The notes beneath the pieces are model-generated. The model saw only the letters and a program-made list of their open reading frames with translations, searched no databases and was not told the origin of the DNA. Below are positions 1 to 9,521 of a stretch of DNA of 64,000 nucleotides, piece after piece. A program made the translations under genes and the position numbers. Numbering within the stretch: the stretch's first letter is position 1; each line of letters begins with the position of its first letter. The DNA lies in the NCBI GenBank assembly GCA_040390065.1, contig JAZJZE010000011.1, positions 64,001 to 128,000 on the forward strand. Reading direction: 5' to 3'. The stretch comes from a bacterium. GTDB lineage: Archaea; Thermoplasmatota; E2; JACPAO01; JAHFTW01.

Positions 1-608
1 GTGCCGCCGGAGACGGCTACCTCCGCCTGACGGGAAACATCCGCTTCCAGGTGGTCGCCGAACGAGGTTTGCCGATTCCCTTGTACCCTGGTCACCCGGA
101 CCAGTGGAACGGCACGCGGCAGATCGAACTCTTTTCCGACGCCGGCGAACTGGAGGATGTCTACGTGCCCCCCGGCGTCGTGCCCGGCTCGCCCGAAGTC
201 TGTTCATCCCTCCCGCCGAGTGGAAACTGCGTGTGGCTGCACCTCCCGTCGGCGGGGGCCATCGTGCCGGTGGATGCCTGGTACGTTGGCGTCGAGGTTG
301 AAGCAGCCGGGACGCCGCAGCCCAGCTTTGACTTGTACTATCACGGCGCAGATGCATGGGATTTGACCAAGGCCGAACCGGCCCAGCACACAGGGTCGAA
401 GACCACGTACGAGATTCCGTTGAAAGGCAACGGCGACGGCCCGTATTCCCGGCTGAGCCTGTGGGAGTTCGCCTTGTACGGCACGACCCGGGCCCTGGAG
501 ACCGGCTCCTTCAAGATCACCGCAATCGCGTATCACGATGCGCCCCTGGGCCCGGCAACTGCCCCGGATCTTGGAACCGCCTCGGGTTCCCCTGGGTGGG
601 TTACCTAG
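1..608 (+). CDS. Partial CDS (5' end outside window), hypothetical probably secreted protein
   Basis: Frame of ORF 51..608 is open back to position 3 (AAGDGYLRLTGNIRFQV...); stop TAG at 606-608; no recognisable motif. Confidence 0.6.
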   Translation, partial: AAGDGYLRLTGNIRFQVVAERGLPIPLYPGHPDQWNGTRQIELFSDAGELEDVYVPPGVVPGSPEVCSSLPPSGNCVWLHLPSAGAIVPVDAWYVGVEVEAAGTPQPSFDLYYHGADAWDLTKAEPAQHTGSKTTYEIPLKGNGDGPYSRLSLWEFALYGTTRALETGSFKITAIAYHDAPLGPATAPDLGTASGSPGWVT

Positions 609-931
609 TGTGCGAGTACTGGATCGACGCTTCTGACTCACGCTCGCAGGCCATCAATGAACCCCAGGAGCAAGAGGTACAGAGCGCCCGTTGCACTGAG
701 GAGGCGGTTGCGTCCAGTTGCCAGAAGCACGATGGGGGGATGGCCACCGCCAGCATGGCGAAGCCCAGAACAATCGCGGTCAGGTCCAGCGGCGTCAGGG
801 AATGTTGAGCCCCCTTCTACTCACAATAGATGGTCCCGTGAATGGTTCCCACCCCTTGGCCATTAGGGTTCAGGAAATACTCGGCCACGAAGATCGGTTC
901 GGTGCTTCCGGTCGGCCTGCCATCGTGGGGG

Positions 932-961
932 GGCGACGCGCCATATCCTCGTGGCTTGTGC
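932..961 (+). repeat. Direct repeat copy 1 (GGCGACGCGCCATATCC-TCGTGGCTTGTGC)
   Basis: Matches 2098-2129 exactly apart from a 2-nt CT insertion in copy 2. Confidence 0.85.
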
Positions 962-1056
962 GCGCCGTAGCCGTTACGTTCGCCGACCATGAGTGGGGAA
1001 GTCGTGGGGCACCTTTCATCCAATACTCCTAAAAGAAAGGGCCTGCTTTCCTCGCA

Positions 1057-1983
1057 ATGCCCGCCGTTGCGTCGAAGGGGCCCGCCGTTCGGGAACCATC
1101 CGGCATCATCGTGGAGGAGCTCGGGCCGACGTATGCGTTCCCCATGGAGGTCAGCCGTCCAATCCTTGACACGCTGGATGCCTTTGGCCCCCACGCTCAC
1201 AACCTTGTCTCGCTCGACACTCTGTACGCCACGGCGGTCGCGCAGGTGCCCGAGCTGGCGCGCGGCGAGTTGACTCGCGCCTACTGCTCCACGACCTCAT
1301 ACCGAAATCGTTTCCAGGACATTGCCAACCGGTTCAAGGACGCCGTCAGCGGCACGAAGGTCAGCAAGACGGAGCCCGAGCAGACGATTTGGATTCCCAT
1401 GACTGAATTGCACTGCCCGGCGGCCATTGGCTGCACGGCCAAATGGACCCGTGCGGCGTCGTCGGAGCGGGATGCCAATGTTGGGATTCGAATTGCTGGC
1501 TTGGGCAGCGAACTGTCCTTTTCCAGGAAATTCGGCTTCAACCGGTCAACCACGACGCCGGTGTGCGCACGAATCGAGTTGGCCGCGAAAGGCGTCCTGG
1601 AGCACTGCACCCGGTCGGATGGATCGCGATTCACACGAATCCGGATAACCGCGATTCAGGACACTGAACGCCGAACTCCATTGGGAGACGAAGCCGACGG
1701 ATGCCAACATCTTCCCGCCGACCGCGAGGCGCCCTGGGCGTCGAGCCGCGAGGAGTTCAACCTCATCGCGGGCATGACCGAAGACCGCGGACTTGATGTC
1801 GAAGCGGGCCACGCAGCTGATTTTGACTTCAAGGTCGACGTCGGGCTGTTCAGTTTCAATCCTAAGGCCTCGGTCAAGCTACTGCGTTCGACGACGTACG
1901 ACTACCACTTTGACGGCGCCCGCACATTTACTGGCTACTTGCCCAAGGGTCGGCTATCCCACCTATGGGCGACCTCGACCTAG
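1057..1983 (+). CDS. Hypothetical beta-rich protein (308 aa), possibly pore-forming-toxin-like
   Basis: ATG ORF with a TAAAAG box ~27 nt upstream; two alternating polar/hydrophobic hairpin-like segments (DANVGIRIAGLGSELSFSRKFGF; AADFDFKVDVGLFSFNPKASVKL). Confidence 0.7.
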   Translation: MPAVASKGPAVREPSGIIVEELGPTYAFPMEVSRPILDTLDAFGPHAHNLVSLDTLYATAVAQVPELARGELTRAYCSTTSYRNRFQDIANRFKDAVSGTKVSKTEPEQTIWIPMTELHCPAAIGCTAKWTRAASSERDANVGIRIAGLGSELSFSRKFGFNRSTTTPVCARIELAAKGVLEHCTRSDGSRFTRIRITAIQDTERRTPLGDEADGCQHLPADREAPWASSREEFNLIAGMTEDRGLDVEAGHAADFDFKVDVGLFSFNPKASVKLLRSTTYDYHFDGARTFTGYLPKGRLSHLWATST

Positions 1984-2097
1984 CCCAAGGGAACCGGGGA
2001 GGCCGGACCTTGGCCTTCGTCCGGACATCCCGGAGTGCTGCACAAGCTGCCCGGCAGCGTGGAGCTATCCCCAACCGGGTTGTGAGTACCGCGGGGA

Positions 2098-2129
2098 GGC
2101 GACGCGCCATATCCCTTCGTGGCTTGTGC
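2098..2129 (+). repeat. Direct repeat copy 2
   Basis: GGCGACGCGCCATATCC-CT-TCGTGGCTTGTGC; see 932-961. Confidence 0.85.
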
Positions 2130-2638
2130 CCGTCGGCTGGGCTCCCATGGTGTAGCCTACAAATCTCCGCCCTGGGAGAATGCCGGTTCGATAAGAAGCG
2201 CCTTGGCGAAAGCGGTGGCATCGCATCCAAAAGGGGGTTGCATGCCGGCATGAGCCACCGTAACCCCTTGGCAGGAAATCACGTGACGGCAGGATCTGGA
2301 CGCTATTCTGAATGAAGCCGCCAAACCGCGCGCGGAAAAGTTCCACCCTCAGGCGGGCGCCTTGGCTTTTGTCGAATGGCCTGTCCCCCAGGGGTTGTCG
2401 CAAGTGAGGGGCCTGCGACGGCAGGCGCCAGGAGGATCTGGCGCGGGTGAAAACCGGCCCTAGCGTCAACGGCATCTGGCGGTAGGATTACGTGGGGACT
2501 TGGGTGGACAAGCCAGGCGCCTTCCGGGCATGGGCCGAGCAAGAGAACCATGACTTCTTCGACGGCCGAGCAGTTCGCATGGCAATCGCATGAATCCGGA
2601 ATCGCCTTATGTGGAGGGCCATCGGCCATGCTTGACGG

Positions 2639-5263
2639 GTGGGCCTTGCTGCGTACTTAGGTACCCGGCCCGCGCACGGGACGCAACCGCGGCTAACATC
2701 TAGCTCGATTACCGCCAGGCTTGGGGATAATCTTGAAGTATTTGTTCAGCCGTCATTGGCATACTTGAACCAGGGAGGTAACTGGGAAGGGCATCTCGAC
2801 CGGTTCGGCGACGCCGCTCGCAAGGCGCTGTTATCCGTAGAGCCCAAACTGGAGTACGTCCACCGCGAACGAGCGGTTCTCCTGCTGCGCCTCCTGGTGG
2901 CCGCCGAATTGGCAAGGGTGCAGCTGACAATCGGCCAGATTCGGAACGCCAAACTGGTTCCTGCGCAAGCGACAACAGAGGGCAAGATCCTCCAGAACGA
3001 GCACCGGCGCTTTCGGGACACATACTCCAAGAGCGACGCGTCCGGCCGCCCGCTGGTAATCGATGACAACACGTTTGGCCGCCTGGTTTCCCGTTTGGAG
3101 AGGGCGGGTCTCGTACGCAAGGATCAACTGGGGCGCGAGGCGTACCTACACATCGGCGCTGCTCTGGACGACGCTTGGATTGCGGCGAAGACGGTGCCTG
3201 CCCCCGAATCAAAGCTGGAGGAGGGCCCATCCATCGCGGAGACCGGCTTGGACGTAACGGCGCTGCCCGAATTCGAGATTGACCGCACGAAGAAGAATGC
3301 CCCCGCGCACTTGACCTTGCGCTGGAACGGCAAGGCCCAGCCCGCCCGCCTATCGACCGACTTGACGGCGCCCGGCATGCCGCGCGATTGCTACGTTCTG
3401 ACTCGCCAACAATTCAGCAGGTTTGGCGGCTTTGAGGATGCCGCGTTCCACGGCGTCGGCGCCGCGCTACAGGCGCTGCGCGACCAGCTAATGGCGGTCG
3501 GTAGCGCCAACGACAGCCGTCTGGACCACGAAAAGCGGCTTGCGCTCAATTGGAAGCGGCGAGACCTGTTGCCGGCCGGCCGCCTCGTTACCATTTTCAC
3601 GTATGGCGAGGTCCCGGCGGTCCAAGTGGGCCGCGTGGTTCAAGATGGAATCCAATACAAAGTAGTCGTCTTCGATAATCTCAAAGACACCGGGATTCCA
3701 GGCCGCTCCTCGGACATCGACCAGATTGTGCGGCGGTTGGCGTGCCGCCGGGCCTGCGGCTTCGACCACGTAATGAAGGACTACTGTACGGAGCTGGCAG
3801 AGACATTGCACGAAATCTGCACATGCTCGGACAAGCCTCGGGCGGCCCGTCTTGCGCGCCGTCTTGAGAAGCGATACAGCGAAAGCATCAACTCCAAGCT
3901 TGGCGAAATCAAACGGGCCAAGAAGGATGTCCGGCGCGCCGCCGAGGGGCGCCTGCGCGTCCGTTTCTCACCGGCTGAGCTTGATTTGGTCGATTCCTTC
4001 CGGCGCGACCACGCGGACCTCGTCGCGGTCTTGGAATCTCTAGGTCCGTTTCTCGCCTTTGTATCGGCCGCCATTCGCGAGCGCCTCCTGGGTTTCGGCA
4101 GCACACGTTATCCGCTGGCTTGGTACAGAAAGGCGGCCGAGGGCGCCATGGAACCGCCTCCAACAGAGGACTCCGATCTCATGGCCCTCCATGAAGCAAT
4201 GCGGTCCTTCCTCGCCTTCGCGTCGCCGACCCGGCAGGCCACTCTTGGAACGTGGGAACACAAGCTGATTCGCAATCTGGACTTCCTTTCCCAAGCCCTG
4301 CGTGACGGACGCGACTTCCAGGCGCTCCGCGTTCACGTGAAGTGCGCCCACTTGCCGGAATCCACCGCGTCGATTCTCTTCCGCCGAACATTGCAATCCT
4401 ATCTCCAAGCTTTGCCGACCGTCGGCGGTGGCCCGAAGGTGGCGCTCCTGCCAGCCCGTCCAGACTCCAAGGAGGACGACCGCATCGACGTCTGGCTTTG
4501 CGACGGCATGCTAATCCACGTTCCGGCCCACGCATGGGACCAGCTTCACCATCGCCAGCTCCCGTTTGGCCCGCTCGTCGAAGCCGCCGTACAGGCCATG
4601 CGGCGCGACAAACCGGTTTTCTTCGTGCTGGAACATGCGGAACAGTCGAAGGACCTGTTCCGTGCTGCCATGGATGACGCGCTGGTGAACGGCCGTCTCA
4701 ATCCCGACGAAGCCACTCGCCTAAACTGGTACCTGAACTCCGCCCATACAAAGTCGGTGCCGTCGCTGGACGAGCTGGACGCCAACTCCGATGCAAACCT
4801 GCTTGGGATCCTACAGCAGATAGCCGAATTGTACGTGAAAGGTCGGCTGCAAGCGGTTCGTCTTTCGTTCCCCCGCTCGCAGTGGCGCGTCGTGCGCGCC
4901 ATCGGCAAGGCAGGCCCTCCCAAAGTAGGGCTAGCGGACGTCCGCCGGGCGTTGGCCGAAGACCCTGTCTTTCTAGAAGATGGCGTGCACGACGACCGAG
5001 GGGAACTCGACGCTAGCAGCACGCTCGACCGAGCTCGCACCATGCTGCTCGGTTTCCGGGTCCTCGGCCGCGGCGGCCAAGTAGAGGACGGTTTGGCAAT
5101 TCTCCAGGAAGACCTGGAGAACGGCTGGTTGCGCCATCTGCTACACGAAGCGGGTGACCAGATGGCTGACAGCACAGGATTCGCCATGGACCTGCGGGAT
5201 TTTGTTCAGAAGCTGGTCCTTGAAGAGGATCTCGACGAGCCAGGCAACCTGGCAAACCACTAA
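2639..5263 (+). CDS. Large hypothetical protein (874 aa) with probable internal winged-helix segment
   Basis: Long ORF; TFGRLVSRLERAGLVRKDQLGREAYLHI resembles a MarR-type wHTH recognition helix and wing; start uncertain. Confidence 0.7.
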   Translation: MGLAAYLGTRPAHGTQPRLTSSSITARLGDNLEVFVQPSLAYLNQGGNWEGHLDRFGDAARKALLSVEPKLEYVHRERAVLLLRLLVAAELARVQLTIGQIRNAKLVPAQATTEGKILQNEHRRFRDTYSKSDASGRPLVIDDNTFGRLVSRLERAGLVRKDQLGREAYLHIGAALDDAWIAAKTVPAPESKLEEGPSIAETGLDVTALPEFEIDRTKKNAPAHLTLRWNGKAQPARLSTDLTAPGMPRDCYVLTRQQFSRFGGFEDAAFHGVGAALQALRDQLMAVGSANDSRLDHEKRLALNWKRRDLLPAGRLVTIFTYGEVPAVQVGRVVQDGIQYKVVVFDNLKDTGIPGRSSDIDQIVRRLACRRACGFDHVMKDYCTELAETLHEICTCSDKPRAARLARRLEKRYSESINSKLGEIKRAKKDVRRAAEGRLRVRFSPAELDLVDSFRRDHADLVAVLESLGPFLAFVSAAIRERLLGFGSTRYPLAWYRKAAEGAMEPPPTEDSDLMALHEAMRSFLAFASPTRQATLGTWEHKLIRNLDFLSQALRDGRDFQALRVHVKCAHLPESTASILFRRTLQSYLQALPTVGGGPKVALLPARPDSKEDDRIDVWLCDGMLIHVPAHAWDQLHHRQLPFGPLVEAAVQAMRRDKPVFFVLEHAEQSKDLFRAAMDDALVNGRLNPDEATRLNWYLNSAHTKSVPSLDELDANSDANLLGILQQIAELYVKGRLQAVRLSFPRSQWRVVRAIGKAGPPKVGLADVRRALAEDPVFLEDGVHDDRGELDASSTLDRARTMLLGFRVLGRGGQVEDGLAILQEDLENGWLRHLLHEAGDQMADSTGFAMDLRDFVQKLVLEEDLDEPGNLANH

Positions 5264-5275
5264 GGAGTAACCACA

Positions 5276-5554
5276 ATGGATAATCCCCACCCTGCAAGAG
5301 CGCCAAAGCCCCGCGACGGGACCACGGGCACCTTCCTCGTGCCGCGCGACCCAGCCAAAATTGAACGACGCGCCGAGTATATCGTAAAGGTCGAGAACTT
5401 CGGGGATGGCTTTACCGGTTACTGCAAGGGGAAGGCGCTCTACGTCGGTGTACCCCCCGGCAAGCTTGTGGTGGAGGTGTCGCGTGAGAAGCATGTGCGT
5501 TTGACTAGCGAGGCCGTTCAACGTGGCTTGGCCCTAGTCTACTTCCGTGGATGA
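5276..5554 (+). CDS. Small protein (92 aa), TRAM-domain-like
   Basis: AAGGAG RBS upstream, 12 nt after previous stop; YIVKVENFGDGFTGYCKGKALYVGVPPGKLVVEV resembles the TRAM pattern. Confidence 0.55.
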   Translation: MDNPHPARAPKPRDGTTGTFLVPRDPAKIERRAEYIVKVENFGDGFTGYCKGKALYVGVPPGKLVVEVSREKHVRLTSEAVQRGLALVYFRG

Positions 5555-5970
5555 ACTCGGGCGATGCTGCGACCTTGGGTCGCGAGGCCTGCGAAATCCG
5601 TCCGTCGAGGTGGGGCGAAGCCGATTCGAAAAACGGTGACGACGTGGGATGAAGTTTCAATGCCCCAGCACCTTGCGGCGGCCGCCGTGTTCCCGTTGTC
5701 GTGGCCGCCGCCACGTCGCCCTGGTGCCGCGCACGTGACGCGCCGACCGCCTGGCATCCGACTCGGGCCGTCTTTCCTGAGATCTCGTCCCCAAATTCCT
5801 CAGGACTTGCGCTCGAGCGTGCCGGGCGTACAGTCCTCGGAAGGGATAGGTTCATGGGTCCCGCTCGTCCGCGGTGACCGCTCCTCTGCCCAACGCACTT
5901 GTCGCTCTAGCGCGAACCGCCTAGGACGGCAAACGTTGCAGTAGAACGGCTCAATGAGGACGGGCCGCTA

Positions 5971-8112
5971 TCAGGCCGAGAAACGCGCGGCCTGATGGAA
6001 CACCGAGTACGATCCGTAGCGATACACGGATGCATCGATCCCAGCGGCATTCTCGATGCCCGTAACGTGGTTTCCACCGTCGGACAGGACCCGGTCAAGG
6101 CGAACCTCAATCGCGTTTGATCCCTCGAACAACACGACCTGGAACGTCGCCGGCGCACTCGCAGACCCGTAGTGGGGAACATCCGTCCACTGCACGACAA
6201 GGGAACGAAGGGGGGCTGTGCCAAGGGTCTGGTACTTGATGGAACCCCCACCAGGGGGATACAGGTCTTCCCAGTATCCGGCCACCAAGTCGTTTGGGGC
6301 AGTGGCGTCTGGCAGCGACTGGCCGCTGCAGCACCCGCTACCAGCTGCCGCATCGAAGGTGAGGTAGCCGTTGCTGCTGACGTAGGCATTCGTGTGGCTC
6401 GTGCCGAACATCTTGAAGGAAAATCCGATGGAGATGGCCACGCTCAACTGATCGTCGCCCAGGTTGAGGGCCGTTCCCGTGGCCGAGATGTCAGTAAACC
6501 GGAACGGGATTCCGGTGCACGTGTACCCGAAGGTACTGGACGTTACTGATTGGCAGGGAAGGCACGACGAGCCCGCGTTGGCCGTCGTGGCCCCGGGGTT
6601 GGCGCCATTGAAGTCCACGATGGCCGACACTTCGCAAGGCAGGCAGTTGAGTCCGAGTAGCCCCTTGAAGAAGACCGATCCGGCCTGCGCGTTTTGGTCA
6701 AGGATATTGGGCGGGCACACGGGCCGGGTGGGGCCTGCTGCGTCGAGGTCGCCGCAGTTCGTGAAGGCCGACGAGATGATGACGTCCAGTGTGTCCCCGT
6801 TGGGCAGGTCCAGGTAGACATGGATGAAGTTGACGCGCAACGACGAACTTCCCCCGCTGGACAACGGCTCCTGCTCGTTTACGATGACGGTGACCCCCGG
6901 GGCTTGGTAAACGGTGTTCGGGGCCGGTACCACGTTGACTGGGGTGCCAAGCACGAGTAGCCCGGCAAGGCTCGTGCCTGCCGAATCCGATTTTGCTGGC
7001 GCAGGACTTGTGACTGTGTGGGACGCGGCCTGCACGACGTTGGCCGTGACGATGGTGCCCAAGTTGCCCAAGCCCGTCTTGAAATTGAGGCCTTCGACTC
7101 TGGCTAACGCGCTTGAGTCGGATGCGGTGCTCTGTGCCTCGCTGTGCAGCAGGCCCGAGTCAAAGATGGTCGGCCCGAGTGTGATGACGGTGAGCGGAAC
7201 GACGGAGTTTTGGTGGTCCAAGGGCGCCGTTTGCTTGTTGTATTTTTGAATCAGGACCGTGGAGGGTGGGGCCGGGTGATGGATTTCGGCGTTGAGGTTG
7301 AATGCCTCGGCGCCCGCGTTGACGACTGCCCCCAGAATCAGATTCGTCACGTCCTGGGCAAAGTCGGCGCCGATGGTGCCATAGGTTCCGCCCGTTTGGG
7401 TCGCCGCGTACTGCAAGGCGGCAATTGTTGCCGCAACGCCCCCACTCACATCAACGGAAACGACCTGGGCGCCCAATCCAGCCACGACGGCTTCAAAGTC
7501 CAAGTCGTCGGCGTCTGCGGCAATTGCATCTGTGCCGGGATCGCCGCCGAAGTTGTTGCCCCCAAAATTAAGGTCGTGGGGAGGGGCATCTGTGAATAGG
7601 ACGATGATGCGGCTGCTCCCTTGCCATCCGACGGCGGCGTTGGCGCCGGAGTCTGACAAGGCCCGCGTCATGGCCTCTGGTGTGTCGCCGCCGCCCGCCG
7701 CCGAAAGAGTGTTGATGATGGTCTGCACACCGGCAGGGGGTGTTCCCATGGGCGCGTCAAGCTTCCACGGATAGTCGCCCGGGCCGCCGTATGCAGCAGA
7801 GTATCCGGGATACGTGTAGCTCGCGGGATAGTCTTTGTAGTCCGCCACTCCGAAACGCGTTGTGGGAAGGGTCGCAAGTACATTGTTCATGATGTTGGTG
7901 GCTGCCGCTTGTACGTCGACGAGGGTGGCCCCCATGCTTCCGGTCGTGTCGAAGAGAAACAGCACGTCAACACTTGCCGTGCAACTGCTTGGCGGTGGGG
8001 TGGAAATGCCGGCGCTGGCGGGCAGGCTGCTTGCCGCGGCCAAGCACAGGGCCAACCATGCGCTCCAGGGCTTTGGCTTGATGGTGGTGTCGGGGGTTAG
8101 AGGATGTCGCAT
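5971..8112 (-). CDS. Secreted VWA-domain protein with choice-of-anchor-P-like and nidogen-like C-terminal regions
   Basis: Signal peptide (WLALCLAAASSLPASA); MIDAS DVLFLFDTTGSM, GGGDTPEA, LFTDAPPH; VIVNEQ..LRVNFIHV; IGFSFKMFG..YVSSNGYLTF..AGYWEDL..TFQVVLFE; start could be 8136. Confidence 0.85.
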   Translation of the reverse strand: MRHPLTPDTTIKPKPWSAWLALCLAAASSLPASAGISTPPPSSCTASVDVLFLFDTTGSMGATLVDVQAAATNIMNNVLATLPTTRFGVADYKDYPASYTYPGYSAAYGGPGDYPWKLDAPMGTPPAGVQTIINTLSAAGGGDTPEAMTRALSDSGANAAVGWQGSSRIIVLFTDAPPHDLNFGGNNFGGDPGTDAIAADADDLDFEAVVAGLGAQVVSVDVSGGVAATIAALQYAATQTGGTYGTIGADFAQDVTNLILGAVVNAGAEAFNLNAEIHHPAPPSTVLIQKYNKQTAPLDHQNSVVPLTVITLGPTIFDSGLLHSEAQSTASDSSALARVEGLNFKTGLGNLGTIVTANVVQAASHTVTSPAPAKSDSAGTSLAGLLVLGTPVNVVPAPNTVYQAPGVTVIVNEQEPLSSGGSSSLRVNFIHVYLDLPNGDTLDVIISSAFTNCGDLDAAGPTRPVCPPNILDQNAQAGSVFFKGLLGLNCLPCEVSAIVDFNGANPGATTANAGSSCLPCQSVTSSTFGYTCTGIPFRFTDISATGTALNLGDDQLSVAISIGFSFKMFGTSHTNAYVSSNGYLTFDAAAGSGCCSGQSLPDATAPNDLVAGYWEDLYPPGGGSIKYQTLGTAPLRSLVVQWTDVPHYGSASAPATFQVVLFEGSNAIEVRLDRVLSDGGNHVTGIENAAGIDASVYRYGSYSVFHQAARFSA

Positions 8113-8304
8113 GTCCGTCACGTCCGAGTGCGGCAATCAACAACGAACGGCATAATGCTTGACGCGACTTCTGAGAAATCGATAAACGCCCATGAATCAG
8201 GAGCCCGGAGCCGCAGCGGCCCCAGTAGAACGCCGCACCTGGCACACGATATCCTGAGTGGTTTATCGCGACGGCCGGCCTGATAGCCTGAGTCAGCTGG
8301 CGCC

Positions 8305-8806
8305 CTACGGGGGTAGGGGCTTCACGTAGACGTGGCCATGCTGGGGCGCGGAGGCGGTGATGAGGAGGTCCGTGTGCGATATGGCGATGGCTGCACCAAA
8401 GTCGTCGCCGTCGTTGGGAAGTAGGAATTGGCCGTCCTGGGTCCAGTTTCCTTGGTTGGGCGTGAATCGGGAAACGCTGGGTTGGCTCGTCGTGACCCAG
8501 AGGGGGTCTTCGTGAAAGAGGACGGGGTTCGTCGTCCGAGTGTCGCTGTCAAGAAGGAGTTGGGTTCCGCCCGAAATGAGTTTTTTTTCCCGCTAGGATA
8601 TAGGATGCAATGCGTAGCGCTCCGGCCCGGTCAGGGAAAGACGCAACCAGAAGCGAGCCGCTTGCCGCCAGAGTCGTGCCGAGGTACTGGGCGGTCTTGG
8701 GCAGGGCCAATGCCTGGCCGCTCCAGCGGCCCGTCCGCACGAAGGCGTACAGGACCCACCGCGCATCCGGGTGCGAGCGCCGCGGAAAACGTTTCTGGGG
8801 AAGCAC
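8305..8806 (-). pseudogene. Frameshifted FG-GAP/beta-propeller gene fragment
   Basis: Removing one A from the A8 run (T8 at 8581-8588) joins ..YLGTTLAASGSLLVAS.. to ..DDFGAAIAISHTDLLITASAPQHGHVYVKPLPP* (TAG at 8305-8307). Confidence 0.6.
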
Positions 8807-8941
8807 TGCGACGTGATGCCAACGGCTGGGGATATGCGAATTTCGGTCAAGTGTATGGAACTAGAGGCGTCTCCAGAGCTTCTTCATCGCGTCACAGCCT
8901 TCAGCCAAGTCCTAAAGTGCGTGCGACACGTGCCAGAACCC

Positions 8942-9463
8942 ATGCAAAGCCTAGGCCGCGTTGTTGGCATTGTTCTTCTGGTGCCATGTCTCTTCCAATT
9001 TGTTCCGGTGGGCGCCGCCCAAGACTACGAGCCCTTAACGGGCGCAACGCCAGCCATTCGCATCAACCTCAGTAACCCCGTGACCCAGACGTTTTACTAC
9101 AACTGGACGACAAGTGCGTCCTCGATTTCCATAGACTACAAGAGCAATGTCACGAAGGGCACGGTAAGCGTTGAGATTCGCTCCCCCGAAGGAACTCTAG
9201 CGTTTGCCCGGGCAATCGACGCGTCCATCTCAGCCAACCAGACTCTGCCCACCAAGAAGCCTGGCACCTGGACGGTTTCCCTTGCCTTGTCGGGCTACCA
9301 GGGCCTGCTACTCATGAAGTTCAAGGCTGGCCCGGCTCCAATTCAACAAAGCAATTCGGCGTCCGGCCCGCCGTCCTCGTCTGGCACCAAGGCGTCGCCT
9401 GCGGATTTGCTGGCCGCCTACGTGATCATTTTCGCCGTGATGGCAAGGCGTCGCAAGGCCTAG
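8942..9463 (+). CDS. Secreted protein with C-terminal TM anchor (archaeal CTERM-like)
   Basis: Signal MQSLGRVVGIVLLVPCLFQFVPVGAA; Ser/Pro linker; KASP + hydrophobic helix + RRRKA tail. Confidence 0.7.
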   Translation: MQSLGRVVGIVLLVPCLFQFVPVGAAQDYEPLTGATPAIRINLSNPVTQTFYYNWTTSASSISIDYKSNVTKGTVSVEIRSPEGTLAFARAIDASISANQTLPTKKPGTWTVSLALSGYQGLLLMKFKAGPAPIQQSNSASGPPSSSGTKASPADLLAAYVIIFAVMARRRKA

Positions 9464-9521
9464 CGACCGTGTTGAAGCCGTCATAGAATGAGGCCATAGG
9501 GAATGTTCTTCTAACAGCCCT

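Noticed and set aside
932-2129. Integron attC cassette array
   Set aside because: The repeats lack the RYYYAAC..GTTRRRY inverted-core structure, only two copies were seen, and neither integrase is recognisably IntI-like.
2130-2638. Short ORFs between the cassette and the 874-aa gene
   Set aside because: No motifs, RBS or coding-like composition support any frame.
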